This document shows, piece by piece, positions 56,573 to 64,000 of a DNA stretch of 64,000 nucleotides; positions within the stretch are counted from its first letter, which is position 1, and the number at the start of each line of letters is the position of its first letter. Under the pieces are notes generated by a model. The model was not told the origin of the DNA and searched no databases. It saw nothing but the letters and a program-made list of their open reading frames with translations. Made by a program: the position numbers and the translations under genes. This stretch comes from Nitrospirota bacterium (GTDB lineage Bacteria > Nitrospirota > Leptospirillia > Leptospirillales > Leptospirillaceae), in NCBI GenBank assembly GCA_027314645.1, contig DAHVAL010000007.1:18758-82757 (forward strand), in the 5' to 3' direction.

Positions 56573-56974
56573 TCATTTCCACCGCCATTTGGCGACAAGA
56601 AGAACAAAGGACATGAGAAGGGTGAGACCGTTGGCCAGGATCATTGGCAAGGCATGGAGGCGAAGTCCATAAAGAAGCCAGAGAAACACCCCGGTTGTAA
56701 ACAAAATGTACATCCCGAGGGAAATGCTCCGGGTATCCCGGGTCCTGAGGGTTTTCACGACCTGCGGAAGAAACGCCAGCGTCGTCATCGTTCCGCCCAA
56801 ATATCCGACCCAATCATCCCGTACCGTTTCCGACTCCGATCGCCACCCTTGATTTCCTCCCAACCCGCGTTGCCATCGCCCTGCATCTCCGCCTATCCAT
56901 TCGTTTCCGAGATCGGCCTTCCAACCCAAAGGGGCCGGCACGCGTTGGATCGATCCAGATCGCTCCACCCCCAT
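56573..56974 (-). CDS. SemiSWEET (PQ-loop/MtN3-type) small sugar transporter; start uncertain
   Basis: WVGYLGGTMTTLAFLPQVVKTLRTRDTRSISLGMYILFTTGVFLWLLYGLRLHALPMILANGLTLLMSFVLL matches the three-helix SemiSWEET pattern (PQ motif, LW..YG, ..ANG). Candidate starts are ATG 56974 (133 aa) and TTG 56863 (96 aa). Confidence 0.75.
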   Translation of the reverse strand: MGVERSGSIQRVPAPLGWKADLGNEWIGGDAGRWQRGLGGNQGWRSESETVRDDWVGYLGGTMTTLAFLPQVVKTLRTRDTRSISLGMYILFTTGVFLWLLYGLRLHALPMILANGLTLLMSFVLLVAKWRWK

Positions 56975-57086
56975 TTTTGCAGTTCAAATCGGGACTCCAT
57001 TCCCACACAAAGCCGATCCAATGCTAGAATAACCCAATCACGGAAAGTCCGAAAGCCGATCCTCATCCCATAAGGACTTCTTTTCC

Positions 57087-57509
57087 ATGCCATTCTCGGT
57101 CGTCCACCCCTTCATCGTCCACTTTGCCATCACCTTTTCAGTTCTCTTCGGACTCCTTGAGTTGTTCCCAAAAGTCGGCGAATGGTTCCCGGCAAAGATC
57201 TCAGGGATTATCCGATGGATGGCCCTGTTCCTTCTTCTCCTCGCCCTTGTCTCGGGATCGCTCGCCTTCTGGATCGTCAAGAACCATACAGGCGATCTTC
57301 CCCGGATGAGTGATTTTCATATGGCGGCGGCGATCACCGGAGCGTCCCTGTTCTTCCTGCTTGGGTTCATGAAACGAAGGTCCCGTCTCCTCCCTTTACG
57401 CGCCATCGCCGGGGCGGCCCTCCTATGCGTGCTTTCGGCCGCGGCCATGGGAGGAAGCCTCGTCTATCAGAACCATGTGGGAACGATTTTCTCAAAACCT
57501 CCCAGATAA
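57087..57509 (+). CDS. DUF2231-like integral membrane protein
   Basis: N-terminus MPFSVVHPFIVHFAITFSVLFG (the HP.VHFPI-type motif of DUF2231) and four predicted TM helices. Confidence 0.6.
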   Translation: MPFSVVHPFIVHFAITFSVLFGLLELFPKVGEWFPAKISGIIRWMALFLLLLALVSGSLAFWIVKNHTGDLPRMSDFHMAAAITGASLFFLLGFMKRRSRLLPLRAIAGAALLCVLSAAAMGGSLVYQNHVGTIFSKPPR

Positions 57510-57512
57510 ATT

Positions 57513-58361
57513 TTACCGGAGGAAGGTCAACGCCGCCCCTCCTACAAGAAGGCAATAGATCCCGAAAGGGGCAAGCGCGCGATTTGCCTCGAATCGCCGG
57601 AAGTACCGCATGAGGAGGAAGGTGGTAAGCCATGCGACGGCAAAGGCCATGGCCCCGCCCGCAAACACGTGCTTCAATGACTCCGGTGATCCGTGCTTGA
57701 GCAGTTTCGGAATCTCGAGAACTCCCGCCGCTCCGATGATGGGAGTGGACAACAGGAAGGAAAATTTCGCGGACTCTTCATGACTCAGACCGCTAACGAG
57801 CCCTCCCACCATGGTGATCCCTGAGCGGGATATCCCCGGGAGCAGAGCCACTGCCTGGAATATTCCAATCAGAAATCCCCGTTTGAACCCCAGGTTTGCA
57901 ATTTCAATGGTCCGGGCGTCGCGGCTCCGTCGTCTAAGCCATTCCGCAAGGATCAGAACCCCTCCGTTTAGGACCAGAAAGATCGACGCGAGAACCGGGG
58001 TTGAAAAAAGGTGGCGTATCTTCTTTTCGAGCCCCAGTCCCACAAGCCCCGCGGGAACCGTCCCCACCACGAGCAGCCAAAACACATGGCGCGCCCCCAC
58101 GGCCTCCGTCCTGATCCGGTTCGGCCCCTTCGAAACGAGAGCCCCGAGGAGGTCCCTCCACTCCCGGTGAAAGTACAGAAGCAACGCCAGAGTCGTCCCC
58201 AGGTGGAGAGCCACCATAAAGGGAAGGAAGGACGGATCCTTTTCGATGGATTGCCACCCCAAAAGAGCCGGAAGGATCACTCCATGGCCCAATGAACTGA
58301 CAGGAGCGAGTTCCGTGAGTCCCTGAGCCGCCCCGATCACAAGCGCTTCAAATGTTGTCAT
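57513..58361 (-). CDS. uppP: Undecaprenyl-diphosphate phosphatase
   Basis: ATG 58361 in track ORF 57513..58403. Motifs GLTELAPVSSLGH and PGISRSGITMVGG; polytopic. Confidence 0.9.
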   Translation of the reverse strand: MTTFEALVIGAAQGLTELAPVSSLGHGVILPALLGWQSIEKDPSFLPFMVALHLGTTLALLLYFHREWRDLLGALVSKGPNRIRTEAVGARHVFWLLVVGTVPAGLVGLGLEKKIRHLFSTPVLASIFLVLNGGVLILAEWLRRRSRDARTIEIANLGFKRGFLIGIFQAVALLPGISRSGITMVGGLVSGLSHEESAKFSFLLSTPIIGAAGVLEIPKLLKHGSPESLKHVFAGGAMAFAVAWLTTFLLMRYFRRFEANRALAPFGIYCLLVGGAALTFLR

Positions 58362-58461
58362 AAAACGGAGTCCTTTCCTTTTTTTCGGATGGGCTGATCC
58401 CATGAGCAGGTCCGGCTGGGACCCTCGGATCTCCCTTCAAGGGCCGCCCGTTCCCCCTGCC

Positions 58462-58887
58462 TCAAATATAAAACATGAGGGGCTGGGCTCCCCGATCCGT
58501 CTCGATCGCCTTCATGCAGTCCAAAAGGGTCACCTTCTCCAATTCGTTGCTGACCGCCTGGCTAAGCTGGTCGAAGAGGAACCGGAGAGCCGGGCCGGGA
58601 GGGGACGCAGGATCGTACAACGAGACCGTCCCTTCCAGCGCCAGGACGATCCGGGAAAGACGGATTTCCTCGGGGGTCATCAACAGCTTGTATTTTCCCT
58701 GAGGGCCCCGGCTTGATTCGACAAATCCGTTTTTGACGAGGGTCGCCATAATCTGCTTCAGAAAGGGTTTTGGGATCCGGGACCGCTGGGCGATGGTGGC
58801 TCCTGTAATTCCTTGAGAACCGGCATTCGCGATTTCGACCATGGCCCGAATCCCGTAATCCACACGTTGTGACAGCTTGCACGACAT
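58462..58887 (-). CDS. Rrf2-family transcriptional regulator (lacks the canonical cluster-binding Cys triad)
   Basis: ATG 58887 with a GGAGGA RBS. MSCKLSQRVDYGIRAMVEIA...ITGATIAQRSRIPKPFLKQIMATLVKNGFVESSRGPQGKYKL is a typical Rrf2 wHTH. There is no Cys in the region around residues 90-110. Confidence 0.85.
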   Translation of the reverse strand: MSCKLSQRVDYGIRAMVEIANAGSQGITGATIAQRSRIPKPFLKQIMATLVKNGFVESSRGPQGKYKLLMTPEEIRLSRIVLALEGTVSLYDPASPPGPALRFLFDQLSQAVSNELEKVTLLDCMKAIETDRGAQPLMFYI

Positions 58888-58906
58888 TCCAATTCCTCCT
58901 TCCAGC

Positions 58907-60613
58907 TCAAATGCGGAACCGGTCCACTTCCGCATTGAGTTCCTGGAGCACCTTGAGAATTTCTCCGAGGTGACGCTCCTCTAGGGGCTTTTGTCCTTGC
59001 TGGTCGCGAAGGTCTTCCGCCAGGGAATCCAGGATCGTTTGGATTTTCTGGATTGCCTCGGTTTCCGAGCGTATCCTCTCCGCCATGCCTTCCCATTGGA
59101 TTTCGAGACGGGCCAACGCCTCCTGAAACAGACTCCACGCTCCAGACACATCGCCGAGTTTCCGGTCGGCGGACTCGAGGCCTTCCGCTTCCACCGAGAG
59201 GGCCTCCACGATATGGTCGAGTTTTATATTGAGGCCAGAAAACTCCGAACCGAGAGAGGTGAGCGCCGCTTCGGTCTTTCGAGAGAGGTCGGCCACCGTG
59301 TCGGCGACGATTCGGAATGTCCGTCCCCTTTCTCCCGCATGGGACGCCTCGATCGCTGCATTTATGCCCGTGAGACGGAGTTCATTCACAATCTCGTTGA
59401 TGGTGGATAACCCCTGGGAAAGGCTCCGGCGCATCTTCTCGAGGGTTTCGCCCTCCATTTCCACGGTGCTCGAGACCTTCCGGGCTTCGTGAAGAGACTC
59501 CTGAACCGATTCGGTCACCTGACGAATCCTTTGGGTTTTTTCAGTAAAATAGGAAAATCGTTGGGCGACGCCCCCTTCCTGATCCATGGGTTTCCCGTTG
59601 AGGAGATCCCTGACCCGCAATCGAAGTTCGTTCAATAGGAGGCGAACTTCCTCCTCTTTCCGGTATCGTTTTGCATGATCGCCCCCCAGAAGGTGTGCAT
59701 GGGCTTCAATCCATCGAACCCTATCGGAAACCTCCCCCATCCATCCACGAAATAAATCCACAAATCGGTTCAGGAGGAAAATTAAACGGCCCAGCTCGTC
59801 ATCCCGAGTTTGCGGAAAGGAAAGCCGGAGGTCAGGGTCGTCCGGGCCGACCCGGGCAATCGCCTTCGAAAGTCCGTCAAGCGGCCTTACCAAGACACGG
59901 CGGATCAAGAGAACCACCACAAGAATCAGGGTCTCCAAAATGCCAGAGAACATCCAGAAACGCCCCCAGCGTCCTTGATGCATCTCCTGGGCAAACCCTT
60001 TGCCATTGGAGTAGAGCACCAGCGATCCCAACATCCGGCGTAATCCATGGCACGAGGGACACGCGGCGTCGCTGAATAACGGGAGCCTTACCAAAAATAC
60101 CAGCCGCCCCGACGATGATCGTCCTTCGAAAAATCCACTCCGTGATCGGGAAAGAAGCTGCCTGGATACGGCGACGGGAAGTTCAGGCCCCGAAGACATG
60201 AGGACATTTTGCCCATTGGGACCAAAAAGGATCACCTGGTCGGAAGATGAATGCCGGATGGAGGAAAAAAGTGCCCGAAGTCCAGGGAGATCACCTTTTT
60301 CGAGAAGGGAGACAATGGAAGGACTCAGAACCCCGGCCTCGGAAGTAAGACGTTTATCCAGGGCCCTGATCGCCGCTTTTTGCTCCTCCCTGTCAATCTG
60401 ATACCCAAGAATTGAAAAACCGGCCGAAAGACCCAAGAAAAGCCACAGAAAAAAGCGGCTCGTCACCTTCTTGTACCAAGGAACAGGCGACAGGAAGACG
60501 CTTGCCCCCGGGTTTTCCGAGGGGGAGAAACGTCCTTTGTCTGACATTCGCCCCGGAGTCCCGGGATCGGCGATTTCATTGTCGGAAAACAAGAGCTGGT
60601 CTCGTTCGGACAT
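58907..60613 (-). CDS. Methyl-accepting chemotaxis protein with a CXXCH-containing periplasmic sensor domain
   Basis: Two TMs flank a periplasmic region of about 135 aa. A HAMP-like segment follows TM2. Signalling hairpin LRLTGINAAIEASHAGERGRTFRIVADTVADLSRKTE. CPSCH is encoded at 60047-60061. Confidence 0.85.
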   Translation of the reverse strand: MSERDQLLFSDNEIADPGTPGRMSDKGRFSPSENPGASVFLSPVPWYKKVTSRFFLWLFLGLSAGFSILGYQIDREEQKAAIRALDKRLTSEAGVLSPSIVSLLEKGDLPGLRALFSSIRHSSSDQVILFGPNGQNVLMSSGPELPVAVSRQLLSRSRSGFFEGRSSSGRLVFLVRLPLFSDAACPSCHGLRRMLGSLVLYSNGKGFAQEMHQGRWGRFWMFSGILETLILVVVLLIRRVLVRPLDGLSKAIARVGPDDPDLRLSFPQTRDDELGRLIFLLNRFVDLFRGWMGEVSDRVRWIEAHAHLLGGDHAKRYRKEEEVRLLLNELRLRVRDLLNGKPMDQEGGVAQRFSYFTEKTQRIRQVTESVQESLHEARKVSSTVEMEGETLEKMRRSLSQGLSTINEIVNELRLTGINAAIEASHAGERGRTFRIVADTVADLSRKTEAALTSLGSEFSGLNIKLDHIVEALSVEAEGLESADRKLGDVSGAWSLFQEALARLEIQWEGMAERIRSETEAIQKIQTILDSLAEDLRDQQGQKPLEERHLGEILKVLQELNAEVDRFRI

Positions 60614-60628
60614 GAAACTGACCCCCTT

Positions 60629-61468
60629 CTAGGAGGGGAAAGTGGACGATCCGGCCTTATCCCGACTCCTGCGATAGGAGTGAATAACCATGCCCGCCCC
60701 CAGAAGAGCCATGGGAAAGGAAAGAAGCTGTCCCATGGAAAACGGCCCGAAAATCAGTCCAAGTTGGGGGTCCGGCTCCCGGAAAAACTCCCCAATGAAC
60801 CTAAAAAGGCCGTAAAATCCAACAAAACTCCAAAATATTGTCCCTTCCGGGCGTTCTTTGCGGCTCAAGGCATAAAGAAGAAGGAAGAGGAGGATCCCCT
60901 CCATAAAACCTTCATAAAGCTGGGAGGGATGCCGACAAATCGGACCTCCCATGGGAAAGACCATACACCAGGGGACATCGGTGGGGCGTCCAAACAACTC
61001 CCCATTGATGAAATTCCCCATCCTTCCCATAAAAAGCCCCAAAGGCACGGGAAGGACAGAAAAATCGGCAAGACGCCAGAACGGGAGGGTGTTTTTCCGG
61101 CAATACCACCATCCCGCGAGAACGACGCCGACAAACCCTCCATGAAAGGACATTCCCCCTTTCCAAACGGCAAAAATGTCCAGAGGATGGGCAAGATAAT
61201 AAGGAAGATTGTAGACAAGAACATACCCGAGGCGCCCTCCCAAGATGACGCCGACGGCCGCATACGAAAGGAGGTCGTACACTTGTTCTCGCGAGAGCGG
61301 GGCGGTTCTTCTTTCCGACTCCCGTTTCAGAATATAATAGGCTCCGACAAAGGCCAAGACATACATGAGTCCGTACCAACGGATCCTCAATGGCCCGATT
61401 TGAAGGAGAACTGGATCGATATGGGGATAAGCAATCACAGGGAACATTCCCGAAGGAGCCAGCGGCAA
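60629..61468 (-). CDS. lgt: Prolipoprotein diacylglyceryl transferase
   Basis: IDPVLLQIGPLRIRWYGLMYVLAF, GGRLGY, MGRMGNFINGELFGRPT. The start is TTG 61468 or ATG 61447. Confidence 0.92.
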   Translation of the reverse strand: MPLAPSGMFPVIAYPHIDPVLLQIGPLRIRWYGLMYVLAFVGAYYILKRESERRTAPLSREQVYDLLSYAAVGVILGGRLGYVLVYNLPYYLAHPLDIFAVWKGGMSFHGGFVGVVLAGWWYCRKNTLPFWRLADFSVLPVPLGLFMGRMGNFINGELFGRPTDVPWCMVFPMGGPICRHPSQLYEGFMEGILLFLLLYALSRKERPEGTIFWSFVGFYGLFRFIGEFFREPDPQLGLIFGPFSMGQLLSFPMALLGAGMVIHSYRRSRDKAGSSTFPS

Positions 61469-61486
61469 AGCTCCAATCGATCCCTG

Positions 61487-61897
61487 TCAGGCCTCATCCA
61501 CATCACGCAGGGATTCCTCTCGTTCAATCTTTTCCAGCTCCTCCTTTTTCCTTTGGCATTTGATGCAGAGTTGAGCAAAGGGCATGGCCATCAACCGTTT
61601 CTCTTCGATCTCGCCTCCGCAATCCTCACAGTTTCCATAATTGCCCTCATCAAGACGAATCAACGCTTGATCCACAGAGCGCTTCATTCGGTTACGCATC
61701 TCGAGAAGGGCCAAGTCCACCCCTTCTCCCATATCGATAGCCGACAGATCCCCCTGATCAAGGACGGAATCCACTCGGTTGGCGTTATCAGGACCGATCT
61801 GCCGGACAAGGTGCGTCCGGATGTCCCGCTCAATTGCGGTTTTCTTCTCAGAAAGCAGATCGTGAAGTCGCTGGTACCGCAACCCCTTTTCATCCAT
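61487..61897 (-). CDS. dksA: DksA/TraR-family C4 zinc-finger transcription factor
   Basis: ATG 61897 in track ORF 61487..61960. CEDCGGEIEEKRLMAMPFAQLCIKC, preceded by a coiled-coil region. Confidence 0.85.
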   Translation of the reverse strand: MDEKGLRYQRLHDLLSEKKTAIERDIRTHLVRQIGPDNANRVDSVLDQGDLSAIDMGEGVDLALLEMRNRMKRSVDQALIRLDEGNYGNCEDCGGEIEEKRLMAMPFAQLCIKCQRKKEELEKIEREESLRDVDEA

Positions 61898-61935
61898 GGT
61901 GTAAGGTCCTTTCGCTAAAGAATGAGGAGAGTCCT

Positions 61936-62604
61936 GTGCGGACAGGGTCCCCCGAAACAATAACAGAACGGCTTCGGAAGGTCGAAAATCTTCTGAAAAA
62001 GAAAGAGATTCCCGGCCCGGGAATCGAACAGCTGGGGATCACCGGAGATCCCTACCGCGTTCTTATCTCAACCATTCTGTCCCTCCGGACCCGAGACCGG
62101 ATCATGGAAGAGGCCTCAAAAAGGCTTTTTTGCCGGGCCCCCGACCTTGACCAACTCGGTCGCCTCTCGGAAGAGGAGATCCAGACGGCTATTTATCCGG
62201 TGGGATTTTACAGAACAAAGGCCAAAACAATCAAGCAAATCGGGAAAGTATTGAAGGAAAAATGGGAGAATAGGATTCCGTCATGCCTGGAGGATCTTCT
62301 CGAATTGCCGGGAGTGGGCCTTAAAACCGCCAACCTCGTTCTGAGTGCAGGGTTTGGAAAGAGCGCCCTTTGTGTCGATACGCATGTCCATAGAATCATG
62401 AACCGATGGGGGGTCCTCCAATCCAAATCCCCGGAGGAAACGTTTCGAACCCTCGACAGGATTCTACCAGCAGAGATAAAATCTTCGATCAATCCGATCC
62501 TGGTCTCATTCGGACAATCCTTCTGCCTTCCCCTTTCGCCTCTCTGTTCTTTGTGCCCTCTTGCGAGAGAGTGCCCCCAAAAAGGAGTGGTCCACCATCG
62601 ATGA
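61936..62604 (+). CDS. nth: Endonuclease III (HhH-GPD DNA glycosylase)
   Basis: GTG 61936 with AGGAGA upstream, in track ORF 61834..62604. Motifs LISTILSLRTRD, LPGVGLKTANLVL, VDTHVHRI, and the 4Fe-4S loop C-x6-C-x2-C-x5-C (CLPLSPLCSLCPLAREC). Confidence 0.88.
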   Translation: MRTGSPETITERLRKVENLLKKKEIPGPGIEQLGITGDPYRVLISTILSLRTRDRIMEEASKRLFCRAPDLDQLGRLSEEEIQTAIYPVGFYRTKAKTIKQIGKVLKEKWENRIPSCLEDLLELPGVGLKTANLVLSAGFGKSALCVDTHVHRIMNRWGVLQSKSPEETFRTLDRILPAEIKSSINPILVSFGQSFCLPLSPLCSLCPLARECPQKGVVHHR

Positions 62605-62675
62605 AGAAATGGCCGGCTCTCAATTTTTGAGAAAAAGGAGCATGTTCAGTCTCACGTGAACGGCCTTGAACCATC

Positions 62676-62704
62676 AAAAAAAGGGAGGAACCCCTCCCTT
62701 TTTT
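62676..62704. terminator. Bidirectional rho-independent terminator between convergent nth and the gltD-like gene
   Basis: A7 run (62676-62682), stem GGGAGG (62683-62688), loop AACC, stem CCTCCC (62693-62698), T6 run (62699-62704). Confidence 0.75.
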
Positions 62705-62729
62705 CCTCAGAAGGCCCCTGGGTCAGTCC

Positions 62730-64000
62730 TCAGCCGGGAACAGCCTGCGACCGGTGCTCAAATCCCGTTACCGTGTTGAAATGAATAAATACGGGCGCTT
62801 CAGGGTCTTCCTGGCGTTCAATCCTTTCCGCCGGATCCACACGTCCTTCAAGTTCACACCGAATGCATCGTGTGGATTCGATCCAGGCGTCCTGAACGGT
62901 GAACCCGGTTTCGACCTCTGCAAAACCCTGGCGGGACGGGAGCGGCAATGCGGGCATCGGCACTCTGTGGACATCCCCAAGAACAAAGGCGTCGTTGTCC
63001 ACCCTCGGAAAATGGAAGGGGAAAGTCCTGTCAGGATCGCCCTTGAGATAACGGTCGATGAACACGGCGCACTGTTCGCCATCGCGAATGGAATGAATGA
63101 CATCCAGCGGGCCGGTCATCGCGTCTCCCCCAGCAAAGACCGCCGGGCGGCTTTCACTCATAAGGGTGTCGGGATCCACTTTCACAGTGCCCCACTTATG
63201 GAAGGTGATGCCGTTCTTTTCGAAGACCGAGGTATCCATGGTCTGACCGATCGCAGCCACGATGGTATCCACCGGAATCGATTCGATCTGTCCCTTGACC
63301 GCCACCGGTTTCCGTCGGCCGCTGTTGTCAAAGTCCCGGGAAAGGGTGTTGACCTGGAAGTCGATCACCGTTTCTGTCGTTCCGTCTTCATTGGTCCGGT
63401 CACGAATCTCGAGCGGGGCCAGCAGGAATCGGAATTCGATCCCTTCATGTTCGGCCTCCTGAACCTCAAAATCATGCGCCGGCATCTCTTCCCTGGTCCG
63501 CCTGTAGTAAATGGTCACCTTCTCCGCGCCCAGACGAAGGGCCGAACGGGCGACGTCGATCGCGACGTTTCCGCCGCCGATGACCGCGAGTCGCTTCCCG
63601 ACATGAACCGGTTCGTTTGTCAGGGCCTTGCGAAGGAATTCGATTCCATTCTGGACGATGCGATGTTCTTCGCCCGTAACACCCATCTTTTGGGGTTTAT
63701 GGGCTCCGATGCCGATAAATGCCGCGTCGAATCCTTCCTTGAAAAGATCTTCAAGGGAGAAATCCCGGCCAAGAGCCGTATTGGTCTTGAAGGTGACCGG
63801 AAGCCCCTCGAAGATGCCCATTTCCCAGTTGAGCAATTCCCGCGGAAGCCGGTAGGCAGGAATGCCTACGGCCAGCATTCCGCCGATCACGTTGTACTGC
63901 TCATAGACAGTCACCTTGTACCCCATCCGTCCCAGGTAGAAGGCGCAGGTCAGTCCTGCCGGACCCGAGCCGATGATTGCGATCTTCTTATCGAGGTCTG
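62730..64000 (-). CDS. GltD-like NAD(P)H-dependent FAD oxidoreductase (glutamate synthase small-subunit family); N-terminus lies beyond the window
   Basis: The frame stays open to nt 64000. The reverse translation reads KKIAIIGSGPAGLTCAFYLGRMGYKVTVYE (FAD dinucleotide fold), and a second fold follows at LAVIGGGNVAIDVARSA. The track ORF (62730..63926) starts at an internal Met. Confidence 0.85.
   Translation of the reverse strand, partial: DLDKKIAIIGSGPAGLTCAFYLGRMGYKVTVYEQYNVIGGMLAVGIPAYRLPRELLNWEMGIFEGLPVTFKTNTALGRDFSLEDLFKEGFDAAFIGIGAHKPQKMGVTGEEHRIVQNGIEFLRKALTNEPVHVGKRLAVIGGGNVAIDVARSALRLGAEKVTIYYRRTREEMPAHDFEVQEAEHEGIEFRFLLAPLEIRDRTNEDGTTETVIDFQVNTLSRDFDNSGRRKPVAVKGQIESIPVDTIVAAIGQTMDTSVFEKNGITFHKWGTVKVDPDTLMSESRPAVFAGGDAMTGPLDVIHSIRDGEQCAVFIDRYLKGDPDRTFPFHFPRVDNDAFVLGDVHRVPMPALPLPSRQGFAEVETGFTVQDAWIESTRCIRCELEGRVDPAERIERQEDPEAPVFIHFNTVTGFEHRSQAVPG

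Noticed and set aside
60680-61918. 412-aa + strand ORF
   Set aside because: It is antisense to lgt and dksA, both of which have canonical signatures on the minus strand. Its composition is K/P/R/H-rich and low-complexity.

Overview
This is a 64-kb stretch of a GC-rich chromosome from a diderm (Gram-negative type) bacterium. Hand-counted 60-nt lines give about 62% GC at 10201 and 38% at 47041. I saw no rRNA, tRNA, CRISPR array, transposase or phage gene. All homology calls come from motif recognition by eye, and start codons are best guesses.

Layout:
- (1) 1-12.4 kb, housekeeping genes on the + strand: GltB-like, yicC-gmk-rpoZ-coaBC, a TPR/Roadblock protein, aroQ, efp-accB-accC-thiE, a Dpm1-like GT2, and a DUF3105-like protein.
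- (2) 12.6-19 kb: an RND pump gene with no adaptor gene beside it, an unknown bitopic membrane protein, and a siroheme sulfite/nitrite reductase.
- (3) 19.3-23.3 kb: three tandem lipoproteins that are rich in Ser/Thr/Asn/Gly and almost free of charged residues. Two of them are clear paralogues.
- (4) 23.3-26.4 kb: xerD-like recombinase, GT2, hemW.
- (5) 26.5-36.1 kb: the most unusual block. AT-rich junctions bound a tightly translationally coupled minus-strand operon of VirB2, B3, B4, a B5/TrbJ-position protein, B6, B8, B9 and B10, which ends in a RavA/MoxR-type AAA+ ATPase where VirB11 would normally sit. The window contains no VirB11, VirD4, relaxase, VirB1 or VirB7. A small convergent gene for a coiled-coil / winged-helix-like protein carries a 16-bp perfect palindrome in its leader.
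- (6) 36.3-43.2 kb: icd, a HIBADH-like dehydrogenase, and an AttEFGH-like ABC/FtsX/AttH module.
- (7) 43.3-54.7 kb: a glycan-biosynthesis locus. It holds two divergent copies of a [GT9 with Zn-ribbon and C-terminal extension + GT2] pair, a low-GC cassette (FkbM methyltransferase, GT4, two GT2), a decayed GtrA-like gene, and a CheZ-like phosphatase gene coupled to the first GT2.
- (8) 54.7-64 kb: msbA, SemiSWEET, DUF2231, uppP, a Rrf2 regulator lacking the cluster cysteines, an MCP whose periplasmic domain carries a CXXCH haem-c motif, lgt, dksA, nth, and a GltD-like oxidoreductase truncated at the right edge.

Best candidate for an undescribed system: the ComB-like minimal T4SS with the RavA-type ATPase. 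Second candidate: the GT9-Zn-ribbon glycan locus with the embedded CheZ-like gene.
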